A stretch of 64,000 bases of DNA, taken from contig PDIP01000086.1 of NCBI GenBank assembly GCA_002811645.1, positions 71,221 through 135,220 of the forward strand, written 5' to 3'. A program made the position numbers and the translations under genes. Source of the DNA: Corallochytrium limacisporum Hawaii (taxonomy: Eukaryota; Protista; Pluriformea). Of the stretch, positions 1 to 10,525 are shown in pieces. Numbering within the stretch: the first letter of the stretch is position 1; the number at the start of each line of letters is the position of its first letter. The notes under the pieces were generated by a model that searched no databases, was not told the origin of the DNA, and worked only from the letters and a program-made list of their open reading frames with translations.

Positions 1-513
1 GCACTGCAAGCAAGAATTCGGATGGTAGACGAAGAGTTCTGACCTAACGTCATAAGCATTCAGTCTAAAGCTTGGTTTCTGTTTCGCACACGGGAGGATC
101 GCAATGGCAGAAATGCAGAAAGGTCGGAAGTGATGGCAGACGGGTGACATCAAGAAGTGAACTCGGAATGCCTGACGGGAGCAACTTTGAAGAAACATCA
201 CCTGAAGAGGATTGAATATCTTTGGTATCTTGTACTGCAGATTCATGTATAGTGGTGTCAAGTCTCATTCACGACCTTCCAACAGGACCTACGACAGAAG
301 ATATGGCTTGCTTCAATGATTCACAGAAAGCTAATTCCAGGATCTTTTGATCACACTCTGTCGCTGACTGAAGAACGACTTAGAGTGCTGGATCCTGCGC
401 AGTATCGGACATGACTGTTTATTCAGTAACAAAATGAGGTGAAACTCTTGAGGTCACCAGTAGTATGAGGAAAGAAGGCTGTTAAGGGCAAACTTAGACA
501 CTCACAGACCACA

Positions 514-3191
514 ATGTCGGTTGTTGCAGTTGTTGCGACTCGTAGGAGACGACGCAGCCCACATCTCCATGGCACAGCCGCAGACAATGACGATGAAGGT
601 GACCTCGATCACCTTCCTCTACCGGACGCATCTGCAGCTCACTATGCCGGGAATATCGACGTACATCCGGATATCATCAATACCCTGGGTGCGAAGAAGA
701 AGCAGGAAGCGCTGATCGGTCAGTACCTCGGACGCAAAGGTGCAAGTGTACCCTGGCGGTCAGTCCTGATCACCTATAGTGATCCAAAATACTTGGCTTT
801 CTGTCGGGTTTTTCTGAATATCTACCTGTTATTAGACAGTACAGTACTACTCTTCCTGGCACTAGGTCTGCCATCTGTACTAGAGGGTCGCTGTGACTTA
901 CGAGAGGAGTTCTACACTGTGGACTCAGAGTACGACGTGTTATGTAGCTCCATCTCTGACAATTTCGGGCTCTATGAAAAGGCTCGAGAAGCCTCACAGA
1001 CGATGAAATTGAGGAAATCAATCCGGAAGTCGATTTCAATATGGAATTGCATACAGAGATTCTGTGGGGCTGTCACGAATTGCTTGACAAAAGATTCAGC
1101 ATTTATCTTATGTGCATCTTCTTGGCCATCACAACTTACATCACCCTGAGTTACCTCATGTCCCTTGATCACCACGACGGGGTGGGCATGAGCATACTCG
1201 ACGGTCGTATTGGCATGACCAAGCTGATGCGGAGCATCTACTACCGTCAGTGGCACTTCCATTCCTTTGTAATTTTTGTGATGTTCATGCTGACGGGCAT
1301 TCTGACGTGGTTGCTACTGGAGGACGTCGATCTGTCAAGAATTTTACAAGGCACGACGGCACAGAGCTATTGCGAGCCACTACGAGGCACCAACGAAGCG
1401 TTGCAGATTCTTGCGGTCCTGAACTTTTCAGCCGGGGGTCTCCAGCTTGTTACATATGTGATGTTGTCCTGGACCAATTCGATCCACTGGCCCAAGACGC
1501 ACAGGCAGATAAAAGAGGTCAAGAAGGTGTGCGAGGCTCTGGAACTGATGCCCGAGTTCAAGAAAAAGAAACTGGCTGTGGAACGTCGGTATTCGATGAA
1601 ACGATTTCTGCCATGGGTTTGGGACGGCCGCAAGGAGCCCAGCAAACCAGGTCGCAATGCCATCGTGCCCGCCGTCGGCACAGCAAAGAGGGCACTTCCA
1701 GAAGCCCCGGAAGAAGACCCTGTGCTGACCAGCAAGATGTTTAAGAAGTCATTGAGCGAAAAGTTGGGCAACGATCCACTCAATCAACAACTCCATCACT
1801 ACAAGAACTGGTGTCTAGACAACTACGGTGTGGTGCCGTATGTCATCAATGAGCGATCCCTGCGAATTTTTCTGACACCGGGCTACGATCCGTCCAGTTG
1901 TTGGAAGATGAAACTGCCTAGGCCAGCTCAGAAACAGGGATGTCAAGGTCTCAGCGAAAATTACACGGAAGTCGCCATCAAGGATGAGCCACACCTGAGC
2001 ATAGACTTCACCATGAACCAATCAGAGATTGCGCACCTGAAGGCAACAGAAGTCAGGCGTCGCAAGCGTCGGGATACTATCACGCAAGGCTACGGAGTGA
2101 AGGTGTTGAATGGTAATCGCCAGCACGGTATCCCCAAAGGAAAACTGTTTAACGTCAACTATCAGGACACCAACTACATGCGATTCGCCTTAGTGGTGCT
2201 TAATGTGGTCCTCATCTACGCGTCTAGTGTTCTGCTCTTCTTGGTGCTTGAAATTGGCAATATTGCAAACTTTGAGTGTGATATCCGATCGCAGGTGGAT
2301 TCCCTCGATGCCTCCTTCAATTTTGACTGTCACCACATCAATAGGAATGCGGATCAGGTCTTTAAAGAGGTTGGTGAGGATGCCGAGCATACCTTTGATT
2401 TCCGGAGGCAGTACCAGGAGTTCATCTGGCGCTGCGATGACATGCAGGACCGTTCCAACTTCATTTACATCATCGCCGTGATCCTTCTGCTTAGTGTTAT
2501 TCTGTGCTTTTACCTTGAACAAAAAATTGAAATTGGTCTGCGCTTCTCCGATTCCATCCGCGCGGGCAACCTGACAGTGCCAAACCTTTTGGAAGCAATG
2601 AGCTACAGATGGAATCACCACCATATTTTCGTCGCCCTGCTGTGCCTGTTGCTTTGTTTCATCTGCGGCGTTGTCACCCAAAGCCAGATCACCATCGAAT
2701 CCGAAGGAACCGTGGCCGAGCATTGCAATAATATCTACGGCTACGAGTATGCCCTTGCGATTGTCATTCACTTTAGCTGGATCGCGGCGATTGGTATCGT
2801 TGGTAGTTACCTGCTCATGCGCTACGTCGGGGAGATCAAGGCTGTTCGTCAACGCAAGGAGGCCTCTTCCTTGGTCAAACTGCTTACTGCCATGCACCTG
2901 GAGAACGAATACGACATTGACATGAACCTGCGGTCCTGCATGGGCCTGCGACCAATCAAGGTACCCCACAGTTTGCGTCGGATCTCGCCAAGTGAAGACA
3001 TCTTTTACCGCCACTTGCTCCTGCACCAGGCACGGATGATTGATCTATACGATCTGGATGTCTTTGAGCTCACTGGTAAGCACATTCGCGTCTTCGTGCC
3101 AGATGACTATGACCCGCCCAGCGGCGACGCGGACGTTCGCTTCCATATCACAAAACACAAGTACTTGCCAGTGCGTTGGTTAAATAGATAA
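514..3191 (+). CDS. Uncharacterised polytopic membrane protein with two tandem copies of a 4-TM module, interrupted by one -1 frame change at ~978-1040 (ORFs 514-1149 and 1041-3191)
   Basis: ORF1 (ITYSDPKYLAFCRVFLNIYLLLDSTVLLFLALG..GRCD) aligns with the internal second copy in ORF2 (VNYQDTNYMRFALVVLNVVLIYASSVLLFLVLE..FECD). The ORF2 N-terminus (EILWGCHE..TM..TM..SYCE..TM..LRIFLTPGYDP) aligns with EFIWRCDD..TM..TM..EHCN..TM..IRVFVPDDYDP. The ORF2 frame is open from 978. Confidence 0.7.
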
Positions 3192-3564
3192 ATTGATACT
3201 CTCGTGTCATTCTGTGAGTATTCAAGAGACGAACTAAACTTACAGACTCCTACTGATAACAAGTTGTACCACAATCAGCACACTCGTTACTTGTTCTCAC
3301 TTCAAAGCGCATCCGTCTGTGATCAGACCTGCAGATCGCGAAAAATAAGGCCCTGGATTTCCCTGGCCACTTTCTCATAGTTTGCGCGCGAATGGTTTAA
3401 GTCCCAACCGGAGGGTTATTATTACGAGTTTGGTCGACAGCAACCATCCCCTCTCCTCGGCCCGAAATGTGAGGACTTACGCCAGCTACTTCAAAACGCC
3501 ATGCAAACTGGGCAGAACGCAGTGAGATCCCAATGTATATGCAAAATAACAAGCATTGCCTCTT

Positions 3565-4590
3565 ATGAACACAATCGCAAATGTGTCTGCTGTAGTGAGA
3601 ATGCCAATTGCGACGGTGCATGAGACCATCTCAACCACCAGTTTTCTCCGACGCACCAAGAAACCAGTCGATCTATTCCACCGGGTTACGTGCAAATGCA
3701 CAGAAGACTTTTTTTTCCACCTGGAGAGTCAGGCGGACTCTTGGTCACTTTTCAAAGAAAGATTACTAACTTCAAGGCAAAAGGGACACTTTTCTTTCCA
3801 TGTATGTATACAAAAAAACTCGAACGCTTTCGACTTCCCGTACATGGTGATTGAAGGGCCCCATAATGAAGGTCGTCACAACGAAACGGATCGATGTGCC
3901 GTCAGTAATGAAACACACATCATTTGTAAAGTAAATGGTAAGGATTTTATTAGACATGTCACAAAGTACGAACAGAACCCTACTGCCTACTGGCCAGGGT
4001 ACATTAACACTTTCCGACAGCATTTTTCGGAAGGCATGGTAATCCACTGGTTCGTGGTCGACGTCTTTCCTTTGGTTGAAGTCCGCAAACGGAAACCCAC
4101 ACTGGGAATGATCGGAGTCGAAACCTTCGATAAGTTCCAGGCTATGAACGCGTTATTAGCACCGTGTCACGTTCGGTTCCGTTTCCTCTCAGCCACTCCT
4201 GAGGACTTGGTCGAAGCAACCTTCAGTGCCATTCGCCAGGTTGGCTACAGTGGAGGCAGTGAGCATCTGCTGCGGAAGCGATTGGGCTTCGATCCTGTGG
4301 TTCAGTCAGCAGCTTTGTCGTCTGGCCACCGTACTAAACCTTTGTTGGCCAAGATGCTCATGACTGTGTCAGGCATTTCAGTGGACATGGGAATAGTGAT
4401 CAGCTCTTCGTTTCATAATTCGCCCGCGACTCTGCTAGATCGATTGGCCCTGTGCGGTAAGGAGGCTGTTATGGACGACATTGCGGTCCTCAGACGCACA
4501 ACAGGTTCAAAGCAGGCAATAGGCCACGCGGTCGCAAAGCGGATTGTGCAAGTCTTCGCAGAAATAGATGGTTCCTTGGCTGTGTCATGA
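3565..4590 (+). CDS. EME1: EME1-like non-catalytic subunit of the MUS81 crossover-junction endonuclease (ERCC4 fold + HhH)
   Basis: C-terminal LAKMLMTVSGISVDMGIVISSSF..SPATLL...AIGHAVAKRIVQVF resembles the EME1 HhH tail. First in-frame ATG is at 3565. Confidence 0.65.
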   Translation: MNTIANVSAVVRMPIATVHETISTTSFLRRTKKPVDLFHRVTCKCTEDFFFHLESQADSWSLFKERLLTSRQKGHFSFHVCIQKNSNAFDFPYMVIEGPHNEGRHNETDRCAVSNETHIICKVNGKDFIRHVTKYEQNPTAYWPGYINTFRQHFSEGMVIHWFVVDVFPLVEVRKRKPTLGMIGVETFDKFQAMNALLAPCHVRFRFLSATPEDLVEATFSAIRQVGYSGGSEHLLRKRLGFDPVVQSAALSSGHRTKPLLAKMLMTVSGISVDMGIVISSSFHNSPATLLDRLALCGKEAVMDDIAVLRRTTGSKQAIGHAVAKRIVQVFAEIDGSLAVS

Positions 4591-4665
4591 TCGGCAATAA
4601 TCTACATCACTGTGCGGAAAAAATGTTACAATTAGCTGAGGCCTGTAAATACAACGAGGACTTAT

Positions 4666-7600
4666 CTATAACTGTGTCTGGACGAGGGATGAGAAAATAG
4701 TACTCTCGTCATTAAGCAAATTGGTAGGTGAATCGAATTCCATGCGCTTTCCTGAATCCATGACGAGAATCTTTCCGTAGTCCATGATTGTGTTCAAGCG
4801 GTGGGCAATGGTAACCACCGTGTAGCCTTGGAATGCGGACCGCACGATGCGCTGGATCTCTTCGTCTGTCTGACTGTCGACCGACGCCGTGGCTTCATCC
4901 ATGACCAAAATTTTGGCTTTCTTATTGAGGATAGCACGGGCGAGACAGAAGAGTTGCTTCTGCCCCTGGGAAAAGTTATCCCCGTCCTCAGCAATTTCAG
5001 CCGACAGACCACCGTCCAATTCCTGCACAACCTTCGTCAATTGTGCCAGCTCCAAAGCCCCCCACAGGTCCGCATCAGAGTACTGGTCTACCGGGTCGAG
5101 GTTGTAGCGAATTGTTCCCAAAAACAGTACCGGGTCTTGTGGAATGATGGCCATGCGACTGCGCAAAGTAGTGAGAGATACGGACGCTGTATCGATACCA
5201 TCAATGTACACACTGCCTCGGATCTTGTAGAGCATGCGGTACAGAGCCAGTGTTATGGTGGACTTGCCACTGCCCGTTCGACCACAGATGCCCACACGCT
5301 CGCCTTCTTCAAAGGTCACACTTAGGTCCTTGACTGCTGGTGGTAATTCTTTCTTGTAGGTGAAGGAGGCGTCAGTGAATGTAATCTCTCCTCTGGAAGG
5401 CCAGTCTTCTGGAGGAACGACTTCCGCGTCCTCGTCAGCCTCTTCCATCTCCAGATGCTTTGTGTAAAAATTAATGCGCTCCACACTGTTCAGGTTCATT
5501 TCCGTGTCCGCTAGGGCGCGCACAAGCCAATTGAGAATGCCCGTGACGCTGAGAATGTAGGACAGGGCCAGGCCGGCCTGGCCAGAGGGAATGGCTTTGG
5601 CATCAATAATCATCGCCGTGGCAGCACCGAATGTGATCAGCGAACCCAAACAGTCAAGTCGAACACCGAGCCAGCGGTTGGCAGCATTGAGGAAATTATA
5701 GGCCACAATGTTGGTGTCACACTTGTTTTCAAAATTCTCACGAGCCATGGCTACTTGTCCATAAGCACGGATGGAGGCTAAACCGTCCAGAGTCTCAGAC
5801 AAATGTGCATATATCGGGCTGCGTGTTATGGAATCGATCCGTTGCATCTCACGAGCGGCGGCGCGGAAATAGTTCTGCACGAAGTAGTAAAGGACACCGA
5901 GGGGCACCACAGGTACGACAAACCACGGAGAAACGACCACTTGTAACATAATGGACGCAGTAATCTGCAACAGCAGACTAAACAGCTGCCCCATGTTGCC
6001 CACTAAGCGCTGGTCTACAGTGTTCATGTCTGAACTGAAGCGGTTAAGAATCCGTCCGGTCGGCGTGGAATTGAAGAAGGACATTGGTGCACGCACCACA
6101 GTTTCCAGCATCCATTTGTGCAGGCGACGAGAGCCAACCTGAGTCACCGCAGCAGCCAACAGAGCCTGTGTGAGTGTGAGAGAGAGACTGATACCAGTCA
6201 GCGCCGCGTAGCCTTTGAGATAGTACCAAACGTCCGCATCCTTTCCTGCACTGCTCCACATGCTCAGCCAAGTATCAGTCGCGACCTGCATGGAACGCGT
6301 GAGGATGTAGTTCAGCAGAGTGAGTATGGCGAGGCTAATACCGACAGCCTGAGCGTAGTTGTAATAAACCGCAAGAGACACAGCACCAGTAGCACGCTCC
6401 TCTTCATCTACGAGCTTTCCGGTTTCCTTTCGGCGCTTACGGTCAGCAGCGTCCTCGTGGATCTGTCCCGCTCCATCTTTGCCTAGCAGATCGCCTTCAG
6501 ACTTGCGGCGCATGCGTTGTATCTCTCGCATGGTGTTGCGGCGACTACGACGGACGACACGCTCACTGCGGTATCCGGAGAGGCGTGTAGATGCGATAGA
6601 GTCCATGTTCATATGCTGCTCATTGTCTTCATTGTGGTCTTCCTGTTCATCGTCAGGAAATTCGCCAAGGATTTCATCGCCGTCGATGATTCCAGAATTT
6701 TCGTCTCCGCTTAGCTCGTCCGCGGAAGACCTGTCGCTCTCCTTCAGACCGAGATACTGCGCAAACTTGCCGCCACATTGATCAAACAGTTCCTTGAGAG
6801 AGCCTGTGAAATGCGTGGTCTTCTTCGACAAGTGAATTACGTACTGTGCAGAAGGAATGCACCAGGTCTGATGTGTGGCCAAAACGACCGTTTTGTGCTT
6901 GCGGATCAATCCAAGTACAGCCTCCTGAAATATGTGCTTTCCGACATGGGCATCCAAGGCGCTCAAGATGTCATCGAAGAGATACACTTCGGCATCAAAG
7001 TACAAGGCTCGGGCTACCGCAATGCGACTCTTCTGCCCGCCAGACAGATTAATTCCCTTTTCTCCGATCTCTGTCTCGTCGCCAGCGGACAGAATCTCCA
7101 GATCAGTCCGCATACCACTGTCGTCTAGAACGCGTTCGTACTTTTCGTGGTCAAAAGGCAGACCATACGTAATGTTCTCGCGCACTGTGGCGTTGAAAAT
7201 CCATGCCTTTTGGCTCACGTACGCCACTCGACGACCCTTGAGCGGCAGATAGCGATCCCGTACCAAGTTGCCGTCTTCGGTAAATTGGTTCATCTCTCCA
7301 AGCAAAGTGTAGAGCAACGAACTCTTGCCAGATCCGACCTTTCCAGAGACCACTGTCAGCTTGCCTTCGGGGATTTCCATTTGCAGATTCCGCAACACCA
7401 CACTAGTAGCGGTGGTGCCCCACCCGAAGTTTAAACTATCGTATTTGATGGATGTTCCAGTACGTTGCTGGCGATGCTGAGGGCTCTGAGATTGTCTAGA
7501 ATACCGGGAGGAAGGAGAGGCGCTACCATTGGCACCGGCGGATTCGACTGGAGCATTCAAGTATGCCTCTTGAACCGACAAGTCCAATTCTTCAGCTAAT

Positions 7601-9567
7601 AGAAACTCGCCTACACGCTTGGCACTAACATTGGCGTCCAGAATGGTACGGAACATCATCGGAAGAGCAACAAGAGGCACACGAAGCAAACCGAACAAGG
7701 ACAAGGCAGTGAAGGCCTTCTGTGGTGTTAAGGGCTGGTGATCGATCAGCACAAAGGCCGCAAAGGAAAGGAAGGTCATTAGAGGCGGTCCAGCCTGGAA
7801 CAGAAACGAGTTGACAGCATTAAGAAGCGAATTGAAAAGCAAGTAGTGAAGTTCACGGCTTCGAGTGGCTGTGATGTTGTCGGACAGAGGTTTCTCCCAG
7901 GCCTGGAATTTGACAATCTTAATTCCCTGCAGGATCTCGTTGGTCAGCTTCAAGCGGTGGTCTGTTACCTCCAAGGTTTTCTTCTGAATCTTGGACATGC
8001 CACGTGCAATTATGGCCTGCAGCGGTGTCAGCAGCAGCATGGCAGCGATGCCAAAGAGTGCACCTTTGCCAATGCGGGTTGTGAGAAGAAGGACGGTAAT
8101 GAGAATCTGCAGCGGGGAGGCCCAGAGGTAATTCACAAAGTAGAAGAAGAACATTATCTTAGTGACATCTGTCGACATGTGGTTGGTAATCTGGCCCGTG
8201 CTGAACTGGCTGCCCTTAACATACAAGGGAAGCCTGAGCGTTTTCAAGTATATCAGATTCTGCAACCCAACCTTCTGCCTTGTGCCTTCACGAATTACCA
8301 AGTGGTGATGATACTGCATGAACGTGTTCTGCAGCACACCTGCGCAAAGCATGGTGAAGGCCAACATGTATCCGCTCTGGTACAAATCACTAAAAGTCAT
8401 ATCAGCGGCCACATGATCGTGATGAACCTTGTACCCAGAGGGCGGGTGGATGGTTTTATGGTCGCCATTCTGGATGGCGACCATTGCACTGATGACCTGA
8501 CCAACCAGCAAAGGGTTCACAAAGCCTAGTAGGTCCGCAGTGAGTTTGCAAAAGGCACTCAAGGCTAGTGCCTGCCACCCATTTCGCATAACGACCTTTA
8601 AGACAGAAGGAGGTCTGTTTGGATTGGCGTTCTTACCCCGTGCTTCCTCCCACCGCACTTCCAATTCATTTGTGACCTGGCGGGAACTATCGTATGGTGC
8701 ACTGCGCCCGAGATCCTCGCTCTCGAGGAAGTGATCGTTACCTTTCGACATGATCGGTTGGATCCACAGATAGTACACCTTGGACCAAAGAGATGAAAAA
8801 TCATGTAAGTACTCCAACTTTTTTAGGTCTTGCTTCTCTTCATCATCGTCGTCGATATCCCCTACGGCCCTGTAGTTACCCAGGGTATCCGTGGCAGAGA
8901 GCTCGCATTGGATAGCGCATTGAATGCGCTCCTTGTATGTCTTACGGTTTGAGAGCAAGTTAATGAGGTCATAAATATCAATGCATGTTAACAGAGTGAA
9001 ACCAATTACCTCCAAGCCGACGATTGTCGACAACACGCCGTATTGGCAGGGTTGCAAGATGGTCTTTCCGAGGTAGACAAGGTGGCTAAGGTTTTCCAGT
9101 ACAACGCCTACAGCGGTCAGTCCGTGGAAAGGTAGAACGGCCAGTAATCCCCAGAGATGTAAGGTTTGTTCGCAGCCTATTGTGTAGGCCATGGCGTAGA
9201 TCACGAATACAATCCGCGTTCCCTGTAGTCCAAAGGTCCATGGACTAACATTAACTGCATTGTCCGCTGTTTGCAGGACCAAGAGGGCGATCAAGTGCAC
9301 GATCAGCATAATTACCATTAAAGCACCCGTGATATGCCTCACATTGTGAGTGGACATCATGATTGGCAATGGTTTCTGTTCTCGTTTGCTCCAGTCCACA
9401 GTTCGGCCAACCATCCGGACGTGTAAAGGCACCAAGACAAGGAGGGCCCACACGATCGCTGACCAGCCGATCAGGTGCTGGATCCCAAACGGAAGGTAGT
9501 CACTTAAGCCCATGGGTTCCATCTCGACCAGGGGTCGGGCTATGTGGGCCGTCAAGTGACTATTCAT
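4666..9567 (-). CDS. ABCC-family ABC transporter, sulfonylurea-receptor (SUR/ABCC8/9)-like, TMD0-L0-TMD1-NBD1-TMD2-NBD2
   Basis: NBD1 has GKVGSGKSS / LSGGQ / YLFDD and NBD2 has GRTGSGKST / FSQGQKQLFCLARA / VMDEATAS. An extra N-terminal TM domain is present. SUR-like segments: HNVRHI, YLHDFSSLWSKVYYLW, ADLLGFVNPL. Confidence 0.9.
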   Translation of the reverse strand: MNSHLTAHIARPLVEMEPMGLSDYLPFGIQHLIGWSAIVWALLVLVPLHVRMVGRTVDWSKREQKPLPIMMSTHNVRHITGALMVIMLIVHLIALLVLQTADNAVNVSPWTFGLQGTRIVFVIYAMAYTIGCEQTLHLWGLLAVLPFHGLTAVGVVLENLSHLVYLGKTILQPCQYGVLSTIVGLEVIGFTLLTCIDIYDLINLLSNRKTYKERIQCAIQCELSATDTLGNYRAVGDIDDDDEEKQDLKKLEYLHDFSSLWSKVYYLWIQPIMSKGNDHFLESEDLGRSAPYDSSRQVTNELEVRWEEARGKNANPNRPPSVLKVVMRNGWQALALSAFCKLTADLLGFVNPLLVGQVISAMVAIQNGDHKTIHPPSGYKVHHDHVAADMTFSDLYQSGYMLAFTMLCAGVLQNTFMQYHHHLVIREGTRQKVGLQNLIYLKTLRLPLYVKGSQFSTGQITNHMSTDVTKIMFFFYFVNYLWASPLQILITVLLLTTRIGKGALFGIAAMLLLTPLQAIIARGMSKIQKKTLEVTDHRLKLTNEILQGIKIVKFQAWEKPLSDNITATRSRELHYLLFNSLLNAVNSFLFQAGPPLMTFLSFAAFVLIDHQPLTPQKAFTALSLFGLLRVPLVALPMMFRTILDANVSAKRVGEFLLAEELDLSVQEAYLNAPVESAGANGSASPSSRYSRQSQSPQHRQQRTGTSIKYDSLNFGWGTTATSVVLRNLQMEIPEGKLTVVSGKVGSGKSSLLYTLLGEMNQFTEDGNLVRDRYLPLKGRRVAYVSQKAWIFNATVRENITYGLPFDHEKYERVLDDSGMRTDLEILSAGDETEIGEKGINLSGGQKSRIAVARALYFDAEVYLFDDILSALDAHVGKHIFQEAVLGLIRKHKTVVLATHQTWCIPSAQYVIHLSKKTTHFTGSLKELFDQCGGKFAQYLGLKESDRSSADELSGDENSGIIDGDEILGEFPDDEQEDHNEDNEQHMNMDSIASTRLSGYRSERVVRRSRRNTMREIQRMRRKSEGDLLGKDGAGQIHEDAADRKRRKETGKLVDEEERATGAVSLAVYYNYAQAVGISLAILTLLNYILTRSMQVATDTWLSMWSSAGKDADVWYYLKGYAALTGISLSLTLTQALLAAAVTQVGSRRLHKWMLETVVRAPMSFFNSTPTGRILNRFSSDMNTVDQRLVGNMGQLFSLLLQITASIMLQVVVSPWFVVPVVPLGVLYYFVQNYFRAAAREMQRIDSITRSPIYAHLSETLDGLASIRAYGQVAMARENFENKCDTNIVAYNFLNAANRWLGVRLDCLGSLITFGAATAMIIDAKAIPSGQAGLALSYILSVTGILNWLVRALADTEMNLNSVERINFYTKHLEMEEADEDAEVVPPEDWPSRGEITFTDASFTYKKELPPAVKDLSVTFEEGERVGICGRTGSGKSTITLALYRMLYKIRGSVYIDGIDTASVSLTTLRSRMAIIPQDPVLFLGTIRYNLDPVDQYSDADLWGALELAQLTKVVQELDGGLSAEIAEDGDNFSQGQKQLFCLARAILNKKAKILVMDEATASVDSQTDEEIQRIVRSAFQGYTVVTIAHRLNTIMDYGKILVMDSGKRMEFDSPTNLLNDESTIFSSLVQTQL

Positions 9568-10525
9568 TGGTAAGTCTTTCAGAATACGCCACGCTACACG
9601 AGACTAAGATGCCCTCAAAGCAGCTATCTCATTCAATCCCGACCGCGATCTCATATACAGTGAATCCGCATTTTGTAGCTGAGAGTGCTCGCGTCCTTAC
9701 AAATCGACAAAGAGAGCACGATGGGTCTTCTGAATGGCTCCTGCTTCGGTAAGAATCGAGCGGCAATTCAACCGCACACGGTATGGCTCAGTACAAGACT
9801 CACATGCAACTGTTCGCCGGTAGTTGTCACAAACTCTGCCGCGACTCAGACTATCCGGACCGGGGGGATCTTCTCCTCACCCTTGCCTTCCCAGGCGGGA
9901 CACAAGGGAGGGTTTCTATTGTGATTAGGATTTTTGGATCGTGGAGCTATGATACACAACTGGCAACAAATTCGCCACTGACTATTGAGCATGCTGCTGG
10001 TGGGGAGGCGGACTGTAGTGTCTGTCGTCACTGTTTGGAAAAGCATTTTTGAGGGTGGTTGACACACCCCAAAATTGCACTCGACTTTCAAATCTCGCTC
10101 CGTACGCCTCCATAGTAGTATCAGATATTAGATGAAATGGTGGCGGCGGTTTGCGACTTTGAAAGCTGGTGGAGGCGATAGGGGAAACCAACGGGGATAT
10201 TGCGCCATTCTTCTTGTTCCTCTGAGGACCTCTGCCAAACGGGCCGGGAGTGCGGCGAACCGGAAGGTCCGGGAGCTGAGTTTGAGATTGAGATGACGGC
10301 AGTATCATACAAAATGGAGGTCGATGTTGCTCAATGGAAGAAACGTAACCAAAAGATTCTGTGCCCTCTAAGCTGACCTCACACTAGCCGATGAGAGAAT
10401 GAAGGGTCCGCTGATGTCTCTGGTGCTTGTGATAAAGAACTTCTGTATTCGAAATGGATGCATCTTCCAGTGAGTAAAGACGGCATGCGATGCACATGGA
10501 AGGCTGCTGGTTGTCGGTTGCGAGC

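Noticed and set aside
944-999. 56-nt GT..AG intron that would join ORFs 514 and 1041
   Set aside because: It would delete the Cys-containing segment (VLCSSISDN) conserved in the second repeat (FDCHHINRN). It is not formally excluded without cDNA.
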